Below are positions 37,565 to 49,030 of a stretch of DNA of 64,000 nucleotides, one piece after another (the first letter of the stretch is position 1; each line of letters opens with the position of its first letter). Made by a program: the position numbers and the translations under genes. Under the pieces are notes generated by a model. The model searched no databases, was not told the origin of the DNA, and saw nothing but the letters and a program-made list of their open reading frames with translations. The stretch spans positions 62,434,001-62,498,000 of the forward strand of contig NC_082727.1 in assembly GCF_030144855.1 (NCBI RefSeq), given 5' to 3'. Source of the DNA: Hypanus sabinus. Lineage: Eukaryota.

Positions 37565-37895
37565 GCACATGATTCTGCAGTTACTGGAATTCTTGAGCAA
37601 CACACACCAAGTGCTGGAGGAACTGAGCAAGTCTGGATCAGAATCAGAATCAGGTTTAACATCTCTGGCATATGCCATGAAATTTGTTGCTTTGCAGGAC
37701 AATACAACACGTAATAAAAAATATAAATTACAATGAGGTATGTATATATAAAAATAATTAAGTTAATAAGTAGTGCAGAATAGTGCAAACAGTAGTCAGG
37801 CAGCAGCTAAGAAGGGGAATATACAGTTGAATTTTGGGGTTGAAACCTTCATTGGGACTTGCTGAGTTCCTCCAGCATTTTGTGTATGTTGTTTG
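37565..37895. mobile_element. Inverted Penelope terminal-repeat pair with a Rex tail inserted at about 37638-37790
   Basis: Minus-strand tail, atcagaatcagaatcaggtttaac insert, degenerate minus-strand hammerhead, then forward tgctgagttcctccagcattttgtg. Confidence 0.65.
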
Positions 37896-38014
37896 TCTAA
37901 GGAATGACCAACAATTCTCCTTGATAACATGTTATATATACTTTACTTCTGCTTTCATTTCTGCAGCTTTTATTTTTAGTGTTTGAATACTTTTTTTGCT
38001 TTTTAACATGTCAA

Positions 38015-38382
38015 TCTACCGTCTCATCCATCCACAATCTCTTTGACCCCTTACCGTCAGGAAGGAGGTACCATAGTATTAGGACAAGAACTGTTAGAAT
38101 GGGAACCATCTTCTTTCCCAGCCATAAGAATATGGAACTCTCTATCACCACAAAGGTCTCATCACACATGAAGCACCAGTAGCATTATACTGTATTGTTT
38201 ACTTTTTTTAACTTGTATCGTATATGCACCTTATTATTTGTTTATTTATTTGTGTTAATATTACTTTACGTCTTATGTGTGTGACTTATATGTGCTGTGT
38301 TGTACACCTTGGTCGGGAGGAACTTTCTTTGATTTGGCGGTGTACATGTGTATGGTTCAATGAGAATAAACTTGAACTTGAA
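38015..38382 (+). mobile_element. Rex1/Babar LINE 3' end
   Basis: HNLFDPLPSGRRYHSIRTRTVRMGTIFFP; aataaacttgaacttgaa tail. Confidence 0.8.
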
Positions 38383-40099
38383 TGTTGCAAAGATGAAAAT
38401 GATGTTGCACTCTTCTCTATTGACAGTGCCTGCACCTGAATTCTTTCATTAGCTTTACTTTATATCTATCAAAACAAAATCCATGACTGTGGGTGTTGAT
38501 TTCATGACATCCACATGCACAATACAGAATAGGACTTGTTGTGATTCTCTGGAATGTACAATTCAGCTAACCACTCACTTAGCAAGATGGTTTTGCACTA
38601 TTCTGTTGACAGGTAGATAACTTGTAAGGACCATGTATCTATTTATTGTCTGTCTGTATTTGTGCTGTGCATCGTCGTCGTGGGTTAAGGTAATTTGCCA
38701 CAAGGGTTTAGGCAGGGGTTAGTAAATGGTGCATGGTGTAGGGTGACAGTTAAAGTAAATGCATATAGTCACCTGCTTCGTGGCATGGGGGGGAGGGGGG
38801 GGAGTAGGGAGCGCATATTTTTTTTTTGAATGCTTGTCTTTGACCGCTCATCCTTGTTTGAATTTGATATCGTTGCACTCATTATGGAAGATTCAAATGA
38901 TTCAAATGGTTTGTAATAAAGGATTAAACATACTTTTTCAACTTGGAATTCAGTTAGTCGGAAGCTCATCATCCAGTGCAATACTCTCTCACTTTGCCTC
39001 TCAGTGACTCTTAGTTTGTTTTCAAGTACTCTGTACAACTTTGGTGCACTTTGCAAGCTTGCTAATGCTTTTGAACAATTTCCTATTTAAGTTGTACCAT
39101 TACTTTACATATTGTGCATAGGCAGGTTATCAATGTACTTGTCGAGAATTTGAAAATTTATTATTACGGTATCAAAAGTGTCAAATCTGTTAAAGTAGTT
39201 TTTGAAATTACTTGATAATGATCATATTTGGCTGATGGTACCGGGTTTTCTATTGCTTAGCAACTTATCCCTCTTGAGGTAACGCGTTTAAAATTTTTTG
39301 GCATTTAGGTTCACTGTGAAATCTAGTATACCAGTTAGCTGAGGAAGGTGAAACATTAGCTGTTCTATTATCAGTTCTGAGCTGACTGTTCACATGTTTT
39401 GTGCAATTTACAATTAATTATTGTTTGGAGGAGGGGTTGTTTTGTGCATAAAGTACTGAGTGACTTGATTTGGAAGACCTCTGCGGGTATCTTCCACATT
39501 TTGTTTCTTTCTTATTGGCAGCTGAGCATGTTTTCCTTTATTGCATTGCACAGTGTTCGCCTGCCTGAAACCTATCGCCCGCACCACTTCCTCTGAAAGA
39601 CAAGTGTTTGAGATGGTTTTGTAGAGTTTGGATCATGCACAAGTGAATGTTTAGCCATGGGTGAAGCCAGAAAAACCTTAACAAGAACTAAATGCTGACC
39701 ATGTGATGCATCAGTCAGCACAGACAGTAAAAATGAACTGTAGAGCCTTATGAGTTAGGGGATTTTATGATGAAAATGGGGTTTTTCTAGCAATGGCATG
39801 CATCTAGTTCTGGTTGTCAAGACCATTCTTTATGCCATAGATCTAGGATTATTATGTGTCATGTCAGGATGACACAACACTGCTTCCATATCATTCCAGC
39901 AACCTGAGCTCATTCTGATCTGTGGGGCACTCTTTTTTGAAATTTGTTTACTCTCCCTTTGACAGGCAGGTTTGCCCTTTATTTTCTTCCCACATCCCAA
40001 ATAGTTCATATGCTACTTTTAAAGAACTGCTCCCTCCCTTTTTATTATTTGCCAATTTGGCCACATAGGCTCTGAATCCAGTTATGGTGAGGTTTTATT

Positions 40100-40480
40100 C
40101 AAAAGTTCAAAGTAAATTTCATCATCAAAATACATATATGTCACCACATATAACCCTGAGATTCACTTTCTTGTGGACATATTCAACAAATCTATAGAAT
40201 AGTAACTTTAAGAGGATGAATGAAAGACCACCCTGTTATGGCCCTCAACTGGAATCCAGAAGACAACAAACTGTGCAAATGCAAATACGTGTAAAAAGCA
40301 ATAAGTAATGAGAACATGAGATGAAGATTACTGGAAAATGAGTCCTTTGGTTGTGCAAACATATCAATGATTGAGCAAGTAAAGTTGAGTGAAGTTATCC
40401 CCTTTGGTTCAAGAGCCTAATGGTTGAAGGGCAATAACTGTTCTTGAACCTGGTGGTGAGAGTCCTGAGGGTTTTGTAGG
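40100..40480 (-). mobile_element. LINE (Rex-type) 3' tail
   Basis: ttcaaaagttcaaagtaaattt..atgtcaccacatataaccctgagattc; aactgttcttgaacctggtggtg. Confidence 0.65.
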
Positions 40481-41059
40481 AATGGCAAAGTATGGAAGAT
40501 TTTTACTTTTAAGTATAACAAAATAAATTTTGCCCTGGTATCAAGACTGATAAACACCTAAAATAAATTTGTGTAATGATCTGTGAAAATGGTGATAGTG
40601 TAAGAAATTAATAAAAACCACCATTGTATGCTAAAATAAAGGAACTGTGAAAACCTTGAATAGATTAATGGAGCTAGGCTGAAATACAGCAGATGCAAGG
40701 GTTTGTGCCATCTGACCTTCTTAAATCATCTACTTCTGCAGCGTTTTGAAGATTTTTTTGATTATGTCAATGTCATGGCAGTTTAAAAAAATAAGTGTGT
40801 GTGCCAGCATTTGTGAAGCATTGAAAAGTACTGGAAATTCAATGAAGTCCCAAAGCTTGAAGTACTTTGCAACAGCTATTAGTTAAGTGAGTAGTTTTAG
40901 TCATGGCAACACACACAAAATGCTGGAGGAACTTAGCAGGCCAGGCAGCATATATGCAAAAGAGTATAGTCCGGGGGTCGGCAACCCGCGGCTCCGGAGC
41001 CACATGTGGCTCTTTTACGTCTGTGCTGCGGCTCCCTGTTGCTTTGGGAAATAATTGGT

Positions 41060-41274
41060 TGTGGCGACCCTTTTCCTGGCACATCCGAACCGACTCACAA
41101 TTAGATAGCCTACGGGGGTTTGCGAGCACAGAGCTTTGGAGCCTCTGTGCCATGGGGGGCAGGTTGAGGGAGGCTTAAAAGTGAGGCTGAAGATTTCGAA
41201 TAAAGTTTTTTCCTTCGACTGCAGTTACCGACTCCGTGTCGTAATTTTAGCGCTGCGTGTAGCACACCGCTACA
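41060..41274 (+). mobile_element. Solo LTR 1 (Gypsy-like) inside the hAT element
   Basis: TGTGGCG...CGCTACA termini, internal AATAAA, 4-bp TSD tggt. Confidence 0.85.
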
Positions 41275-41379
41275 TGGTCACTATTTAATTAAAATGTATT
41301 TTATGTTAGTTTGTTAGTTTTTGAAATGTAAATCTAAATTTGAAGATTATGGTGATCTTGTACAATCTAAATAAGACGT

Positions 41380-41595
41380 TGTGGCGACCCATTTCCTGAC
41401 ACATCCGAACCGGCTCACAATTAGCCAGCGTTCAGGCTAAGGGAGATAGCCTACGGGGGTTTGTGAGTACGTGTCTTTTGCAGCATCCGCGCCCATGGGG
41501 GGGCGGGTTGAGGGAGGCTTAAAAGCAAGGCTGTTTAGTTCGAATAAAGCTATCTTTGACTGCAGTTTACTGACTGCGTGTAGCACAACGCTACA
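41380..41595 (+). mobile_element. Solo LTR 2 (same family) inside the hAT element
   Basis: TGTGGCG...CGCTACA termini, internal AATAAA, 4-bp TSD acgt. Confidence 0.85.
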
Positions 41596-42758
41596 ACGTG
41601 TTTTTATCGCTGGCTGTCCAGAGGGGAGGTGCTGAAACGCTTTGTCGCGTGTCTAGAAGAAGTGAAAACTTTCCTGGGCAGCAAAGGGCTCAACTTTCCT
41701 GAGCTGGAACAGCCAGAGTGGCTGGAAAAGCTACACTTCATGGTAGACATGACAGCACACCTGAACACGCTGAACACAGCTCTTCAACGGGGTAAGGACG
41801 TACAGCCCTGCACATGTTGGAGGATGTTTTGGCATTCGAGCGCAAGTTGACTTTGCTTGCCAGAGATTTACAGAAAGGCACATTGTCTCACTTCCCCAAT
41901 TTGAGAGAGTTCAAACAAGGTCACGACATGATAAATTCGGAGTATTTACATTCTGCAATCATCGCAATGCAAACATCGTTTGGGAAACGCTTCTGTGAGT
42001 TCAGAGAGGAAAAAAAACACATTATCCTTCCCGGTCAGTCCCCTAAGCATCGATCCATCCCTACTGAATACGACTGCATTGTCAGGTGTGAGTCAACCTG
42101 AACAAGTATGATAAATATTTTAATTGCCTATTATTTTACGTATATTCATATGTTTTCATTGTTCAGTGAAATAGTCCTTTTATTTTTCAGGTTGACAGCT
42201 GGCTGACATTATTTTTGGTTTGCTGCTGGCGGCAAATTTAAGTTTGGCGTTTTTCATAAATACAAGAAGGACTCAAATAGACGTTGAGTATTTTACTTAA
42301 AAGTAACCTTCAACCCAACGTCTTTTTTTCGGAGTTCAAAATGTTTTTGTTGCATGCAGAAATGTAATTTCGTTTTCTCTGCAGGAGTTCATCAATTTCA
42401 TAAATGCAACACATTATAGTTTGTTTATACATAGCATAAAGGCAAAACAAAACGTTGTATGCAGTGTTATTTCATTTTAAATGTCAAACGGGTTTTGCGG
42501 CTCCCAGTGTTTTCTTTTCTGTGGGAAACGGATCCAAGTGGCTCTTTCAGTGGTAAAGGTTGCTGACCCCTGGTATAGTCAATCTTTCAGGCTGAGATCC
42601 AGTCATTTAGTCTTTGGATTGTTTCAAATGTATGGCAATATAAAGTAAGCTTTGGACTTAAAAAACAATGAGCAAATGCAAAATGAAATCAAACACTTAC
42701 ATTAAATTGAAAATCTGATGAATTGGCTTTCTCAAATCAATAATGTTATTTTGAAGCA

Positions 42759-44739
42759 TAGTGGATTCCAATTAATTGAGACAAGTGCATTTCGGCCCAA
42801 TTAAGCAACTGCTGCAATTATCTGAAGTTTCAATAGGTATATTTAATGTCAGAGAAATGTATACAATATGGATAAGCACTGGAAATCACATCAAACCTTA
42901 ATCCCCATAATAAAGAACCTTAATTACAACACACCCCACTTTCTCCAAACACACTGCTTAAACACACAATAAACTGCTTAATCAATCCTTAAACAGTATT
43001 CACAGAGCATCCGATATCTGGGACGAGCACCCCACAAATGCAACTCTCTCTCTGAGGCTCACTAGCTACTCTGCGAACAGCCACTGACTCCGTTGTAGGA
43101 AGGTCACCTTCCGTAAGAAATAGATGTCTAGGTTACGTGGAGAAAGCCGGGAAATGGGGCTGAGGAGGGGAAGAAAGGATCAGCCATGATTGAATGGTGG
43201 AGCAGACGATGGGCCAAATGGCCTAATTCTGCTCCTATGTCTTAGGGTTTATACATCCTGAAATTCTTTTTCTTCACAAACATCCTCAAAAACAGAGGAG
43301 TTCCCCAAAGAAGGAATGGCAGTTGAATATTAGGACCTCAACTTCCCCAGCTCCTTCTCTCATGCACAAGCAACGACACCCTCTGCCCCAGCAAAAAAAC
43401 ATCGACACCCTCCACCGAGCACTCAAGCGTGCAGTAAAGCATCCATAAAAACACATACTTCAGTACCCCAAAGGCTACTCATTCACCTGGTAATATAGCA
43501 TACCATAGGCTCTCTCGCTCCCATTTCACTGCGAGAGGGGAGGCATAACAAACAAGTCAGTGGTTTATAATGTTCAAACTCTGTTGCATTGCTTTTTCTG
43601 AGCTCTGCACCCAGAGAGTCAACCCCAAAAAGGCTTAGGTCTCTGGACACACAGCCCATGGCAGCTAACCTGCTGGTCCCGATGTTCCGTGTTCTCCCGT
43701 GATGCCTCTGTCCAGACCACCGGCTTTGAATCAGCCCGTCCCCAGAGCCACGAAAATCCGGCATCTTGAAGGTCTGCTGGTCTTGGAATATCAAAAAGTG
43801 GCCAGTTGTGAGGCCCCGAGAGCGGGTCCCATTCCCACGAAAACCAAAGTCAGAGTGTAACTCCAGGTCAGGGTCTTCAAAAGAACCTTGAAAAGGAAAA
43901 AAGAGTTATCAAAGATAGAAATAGAGCTGTTTCCGAAGATGCAAGCAGAAGCACCATCATCACTTTGCTCTGCCCCTCCATCATATGATGAAAATAGTTT
44001 AAAAAGGTATAATAAAAGACAAACTGCTATTTAAGTGAGTAACAAATGATGGGTTTAAAGGAAATACAGAACAGATTAGAACACTACAAAAGCTACTGCA
44101 GTACTATAAAACTATGTATTAGTTTATATCAATGAAGTAACTAATTCAGTATACACTGCTTTGGTCTTTTTATTAACTGTAAATAAACAAAATCAATGCA
44201 GATACCTAGTGCAGATGATCGACTGCCTTTAAGCAATGCTTTTGATTATTGCATCCCCCAAATCTCTTCATTTCCATCGTAACATTCAAAATTATTGTCA
44301 ATACCTTCAAATTCTTCATAGTTCCTAAGCTGTTGAAGTAGTCAAATCATTTCATTTTCACTCCCAGCCATTTTTGGCATCTCCAAGCTGAATGCTTGAA
44401 ATTGCAGTGAGCTAAACCGATCTGAATTGTCTTACTGCTTATTTATAGCCAAATATTAGTGACACAAATCACTGCCCTTTGAAAACAAACACACACCTGC
44501 AAGTGACACTATTTAAAAGCTGTTCACTCGAAGCACTGTATAGTGTCCAATGGCCACATGATGTGCACGTGACTGACGCTAGTTTGGCAACAGTCTCCTG
44601 CCCCAATTAAGTGACATGGTGTCCCAAATAAATGAAGAGAATCTGGGCTATTTTCTTGATTTGTTTATGTTCTTTAAGAGTTGCCCCAAATCCGCGGCTG
44701 CCTCGATTAACCAGCGGCTGAATTAACCTGAATCCACTG
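42759..44739 (-). mobile_element. TcMar (Tigger/pogo-like) element with nested insertions
   Basis: Ends tagtggattcc...gaatccactg; reverse homologue of 22525-23329. Confidence 0.7.
42833..43986 (-). mobile_element. Non-autonomous retroposon (family of 15822-16588), itself interrupted at about 42870-43250 by CR1-derived sequence
   Basis: Shares tgtcagagaaatgta..acatcc and gggtcccattccca..cagggtcttcaaaagaacc blocks with 15822-16588; CR1 tail ggatcagccatgattgaatggtggagcagac near 43180-43210. Confidence 0.7.
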
Positions 44740-46869
44740 TGTATAAAGGTAAAGATCAAAAGATTTGCATACTTTTTCTATTTTTCATCATATTGAAATA
44801 AACTGTCATGCATGTTATAAAGTAGTTTGTACCCTATAGCTTGATGCATCAACCGTGAAGTGACTATATTTCTTCATCTTTTACAGATAATATTTCATTT
44901 ACATATTGCTATGAAATATTATAAATGCTAGATACCCGAAATGAACATAGAAAATATTCAGGCACTCCAGTAGCATCTGTGGAAAGAGTAAGACTGGTCT
45001 CAGCTCAAGAATTGTTTTAAGGTCACCTTCTTAGCCAGTTTCATTCCTCAGCAGCCAGCCTCTAGTGAATGGTCATTGTTCTGAAATGTGCCTGCTTTTT
45101 TCTTTCTTTCAGTGTTGCAGAGTATTTCTAATATATTTGTTATTTTTATCTTTGGTGTACAATAATCACCTTGGTAACTGATCACAATGGGTCATACACA
45201 TCTTGTACTACCTATCTTGTTTTCAGTTTTCTCAAGCTTTCTCTTTATTGTATTTTGTCCATCGCTGCTCCTTGTTGTCTTCCATCTCCAATCAGCGAGA
45301 GATTAGCACTTGGTGTTAAGTGACCCTGTAGTTTGCCAACCACCTGGCAGTAGATGCAATGGGCAGCTAATCTGGAAAGCAGTCTAGCTGCGTGACTGGC
45401 TGAGCTCTAAAAGAATAAGCAATCCAGCATGTGAAAAATGCTGCTTTTAACCAACTAGGTAAGAAGGGTTTAGAATTAACTGTTACTTTACACAATCTAT
45501 ATAATTAGGGACTTGTGCACTATCCTATCTGAGCTATGTGGGTGCACAAATGCCCCCATACACATAGCCTTTGTTGTCGTGTAGTTGGAATTTTCTAATA
45601 CATAATAGTAATATAACATACAAAATCTATGATAATATAATTATGATATACCCTGTAATTATGTGTTGATTAATATAATCCATAAATTTTCTAAACAACA
45701 AATGTACCACAATCTTTACTTTGAAATTGTTAGTAAGTTACAGCACTGTTACAAGTTGTAACAATGAACACTGAATGGAAGTTGGTAGCCTACTGTTAAT
45801 AAATTGCTGGCTCGAATGCTGACACCAGTAAAAACATATTATTTTGAAATGAAAAATTCTATATCCTGACTTGTTTAGTAAGTAATCAAAAGTATGTGTT
45901 TTTAAAATTTTCATTTCAAATATTTATAGTATACATATTTCAAAAAGAACAACTTTTAAAGTGCCACGCCATTTTCAGGCCATGGCTGGTCCACACAACT
46001 GTATAAAAAATAGAGGGAATATTGGACTTGTGTAAAACTTATTGAGAAATTTTACTTGCTTTTACCATATGCAAGTTTATCTTGAAATTGATAATTACAA
46101 ATAAATTTCAATCAAAATCGTCAATGTGCACATCTTTAAAGGCTAGATTACAAAAATTTGTTTACACAAAATGTGAACTTTTCTCATCATGGTGCATAAT
46201 GGTTACCCATTGTCAGTTACGGTGTGGACCTTTGCAATAACAAAAATGTTGGAAGTCCTCAGCAGCACCCATGGAAAGAGAAAACAAACAGCAGAGTAGA
46301 TATCACAATGTAAAAAAAAGATCGGCACCTGCAACCTTCTTTTTCTTCTTGTGAATACAGTTATTTCTGTATTTTTTTCAGATTTCCAACATCCGCAGTT
46401 GTTTAAGTGGCATATTGATCACATGTCTCCACAACTATGGAAAAATGGTCCCACCTGAAAGTCTGTTGATTGAAGGCAGCACAATTGAATAGAATTCATG
46501 ATTATGAGCATTAAGTCTTCAACAATGTTTCCATATAACCAAACCTAAAACATACTATTGCTTTGTACCACACTCATATTTTCTTCAGTCGAATATCCAT
46601 TGGTCACTAAACTGTTTTAAATCAGAAGCTTATGTTTAAAGCTGTGTTATCTATAACAAAAACACATGGTGCACAACACAGAAAAGGGTGAGTTGAGAAA
46701 ATTAATGAATGATGCCAGCAGGCTTGTAGCTGATAAATACTTCTGTGTGAATAAGTAAATTTCCAATGACCCAATATCCCATTGAACCCAGTATCCAAGT
46801 CTTATCTGCCATTTTCTGTGCAGCCAATAATGAAATGAATTTCCTGCTGCAATTTATTTATAATTGGAC

Positions 46870-47392
46870 ACATCGGTAGGTTCGTGGTTAGCGTGATGCT
46901 ATTATATCTTGGGGCATTCCGATGTTTGGATTTCAAATCCAGCACCATTGTGTCAGGAGCTTCAGTACATCCCCGCATTGGAAGGTGTCAGTTTTCCCCA
47001 GGTGCTCTGGTTTCTGTCCACAGTCCAAAGACCAGTTAGATTAATTGGTCATTGTAAATTGTCCCGATATTCGGGTATGGTTAATTCGGGGGTTGTTAGG
47101 GGTGACAGTATGTAGCTGGTGGGTGTCATACCCAGTCTGTCATATATAATTTACCACCACCGACATTGGGCTGGAGTTCACTTTAAGAGGCTGATCTGAC
47201 GTGCTGAGGTAATTAATTAAGTTTATCATGCTTGATGTTCAGTTATTTTGTGTTCAACAAATGAGTTGCTATGGATTTCCCTGAACATAAAACACTTGTG
47301 CTGTTTTATTTGGAAAAACCTTTGGGCCTTTCCTGGGGTGACATGGCTTGATGGACTGGAAGAACCTATTCCTTGCTATATCTTTAAATAAA
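46870..47392 (+). mobile_element. V-SINE with an internal insertion
   Basis: gtggttagcgtgatgct head, tttccccaggtgctctggtttc V-domain; tail resumes after about 47335. Confidence 0.65.
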
Positions 47393-48769
47393 TAACTGTC
47401 TTTTTTTTAAACTTATGAACTCTCCATGTTCTGCTTCCTATACTTCCTTTAAGTTCATTGGTTTCTGCATTTACTTTCTCTTTAAGCTGACTGGGTTCTA
47501 TTTCCTACGCATCCATTCAGCTCACTGTCTTCTTTATCTCACTCTCACTCTCCCTTCAGCTCTCTGGATTTTGTATATCACTCTTCCTTTAAATTCTCTA
47601 AATTATGTTTCTCATGTTACCTGTAAATATGGTTCACACTCCCTTTAAACTCGTCAAATTGGCTGGAAAACATATTATACTATTTATTTGCCTTTTACAA
47701 GAGTGAAATTAAAGTGTGTCACAACTGTGAAATGCAATAAAACAGTTTAAATAATGGACAGGCAAACCAGAAGCTTAAACTAAAGATATAAAGAAATGCA
47801 TTCAACATTAGGAGAATTAGGATTTAGCCAATAAATTTATGAATTAAATAGCTTATCAAATAATAATGAAACTTACTGAATTGTTGTTTAAAAGCATTCC
47901 GGATATTCCTGTGAGGAAGGAGTCTGACACTCTCACCCAGTCTGACACATGGACTTCACACTCTCAACAATGTTCTTGACTGGAATGCACAACTGGATTT
48001 ATTTTTCCACATAAATGGATTTGATTTGTTGACTTCATACGTGCAGTTTTGCTTTAGAGGTAATGTTACTGAGAATCATTCAAGTGGTGCAGAACAATAA
48101 TTCTTCAAATTGCTGACCTGCCTGTGTTTAGTATCATTAGTGTAGAACTCGAAGCCCAGTGTAGAATACTGATTTGGCAGTGATGTACTGGCTGAAGGTA
48201 TTAATGAATCAAGCTGTATGAGAGCGACTTGATATTTTGGGAGAAAAAAAATCAAAGATGAAAATAGTTATTATCATTCTAAGTACAGAAGAAAAGTGAA
48301 GATATATTGTATACGATTTTGTATTTTTACATTATTCTATTTGCTGTACTTTTTTGCTCTTGAAAATAACATGATCCCTCAGCAAATTTATTTTTGAAGG
48401 AAAATTATTTGTTTTGAATGGAAATGCAGTACTGAGAAATTTTTCACATTTTCTAATATGCAGCTCTTTTGGCTGCACACTTCAGGCACAGCCAGTTTCC
48501 AAAGCTGATATAACCTACGCTATACACTTACCTGTTTTGGACAATGGAATTTGTTAAGATTTTGGCATGCATTTGTAACAGCGAACATCACTGTCCATTA
48601 TGTATCACTATTAGTTATTAGCTTTATATCCTGGTCATTGCTGCCAGAACTGCTACTGTGTTTCAGAAAAATAAGATTCTTATTTATCACAATTCACTGT
48701 TTAGAAAACTAAAACTAGTGCTGCAGAACATTAAACAATTGATCAACAAAGCTCAGTTCACAGTACTTC

Positions 48770-49030
48770 AGGAACCATGTTAGTTTTACAGCTCAGAGTT
48801 TGGAGTTCAGTACCACATCCTCTGTAAGGAGTTTTTATGTCCTCCCTGTGAAATACATAGGTTCCCTGCAGGTGCTCTGGTTTCCTCCCACAGTCCAGTG
48901 ACGGACTGGTTAGAAGATTAATTGCTCATTGCAAATTGTCCCATGATTAGGTGAGGGATAAATTTGGGTCTGCTGCTGGCATGACTCGAAGGGTCAGAAA
49001 GGCCTGTTCTATGCCGTGTCTTAATAAATT
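48770..49030 (+). mobile_element. V-SINE (HE1-like)
   Basis: ggtgctctggtttcctcccacagtcc V-domain. Confidence 0.75.

Larger units (their letters stand above)
40972..42572 (+). mobile_element. hAT (Charlie; GTF2IRD2/EPM2AIP1-like transposase) non-autonomous element, young
   Basis: 15-bp TIRs cgggggtcggcaacc / ggttgctgacccctg; perfect 8-bp TSD gtatagtc (40964-40971, 42573-42580); transposase piece RWLSRGEVLKRF..WLEKLHFMVDMTAHLNTLNTALQ..LSHFPNL. Confidence 0.93.

Noticed and set aside
41060-41595. A single tiny LTR element (TRIM) with two LTRs
   Set aside because: Each LTR has its own distinct 4-bp TSD, and no PBS or PPT is evident between them.
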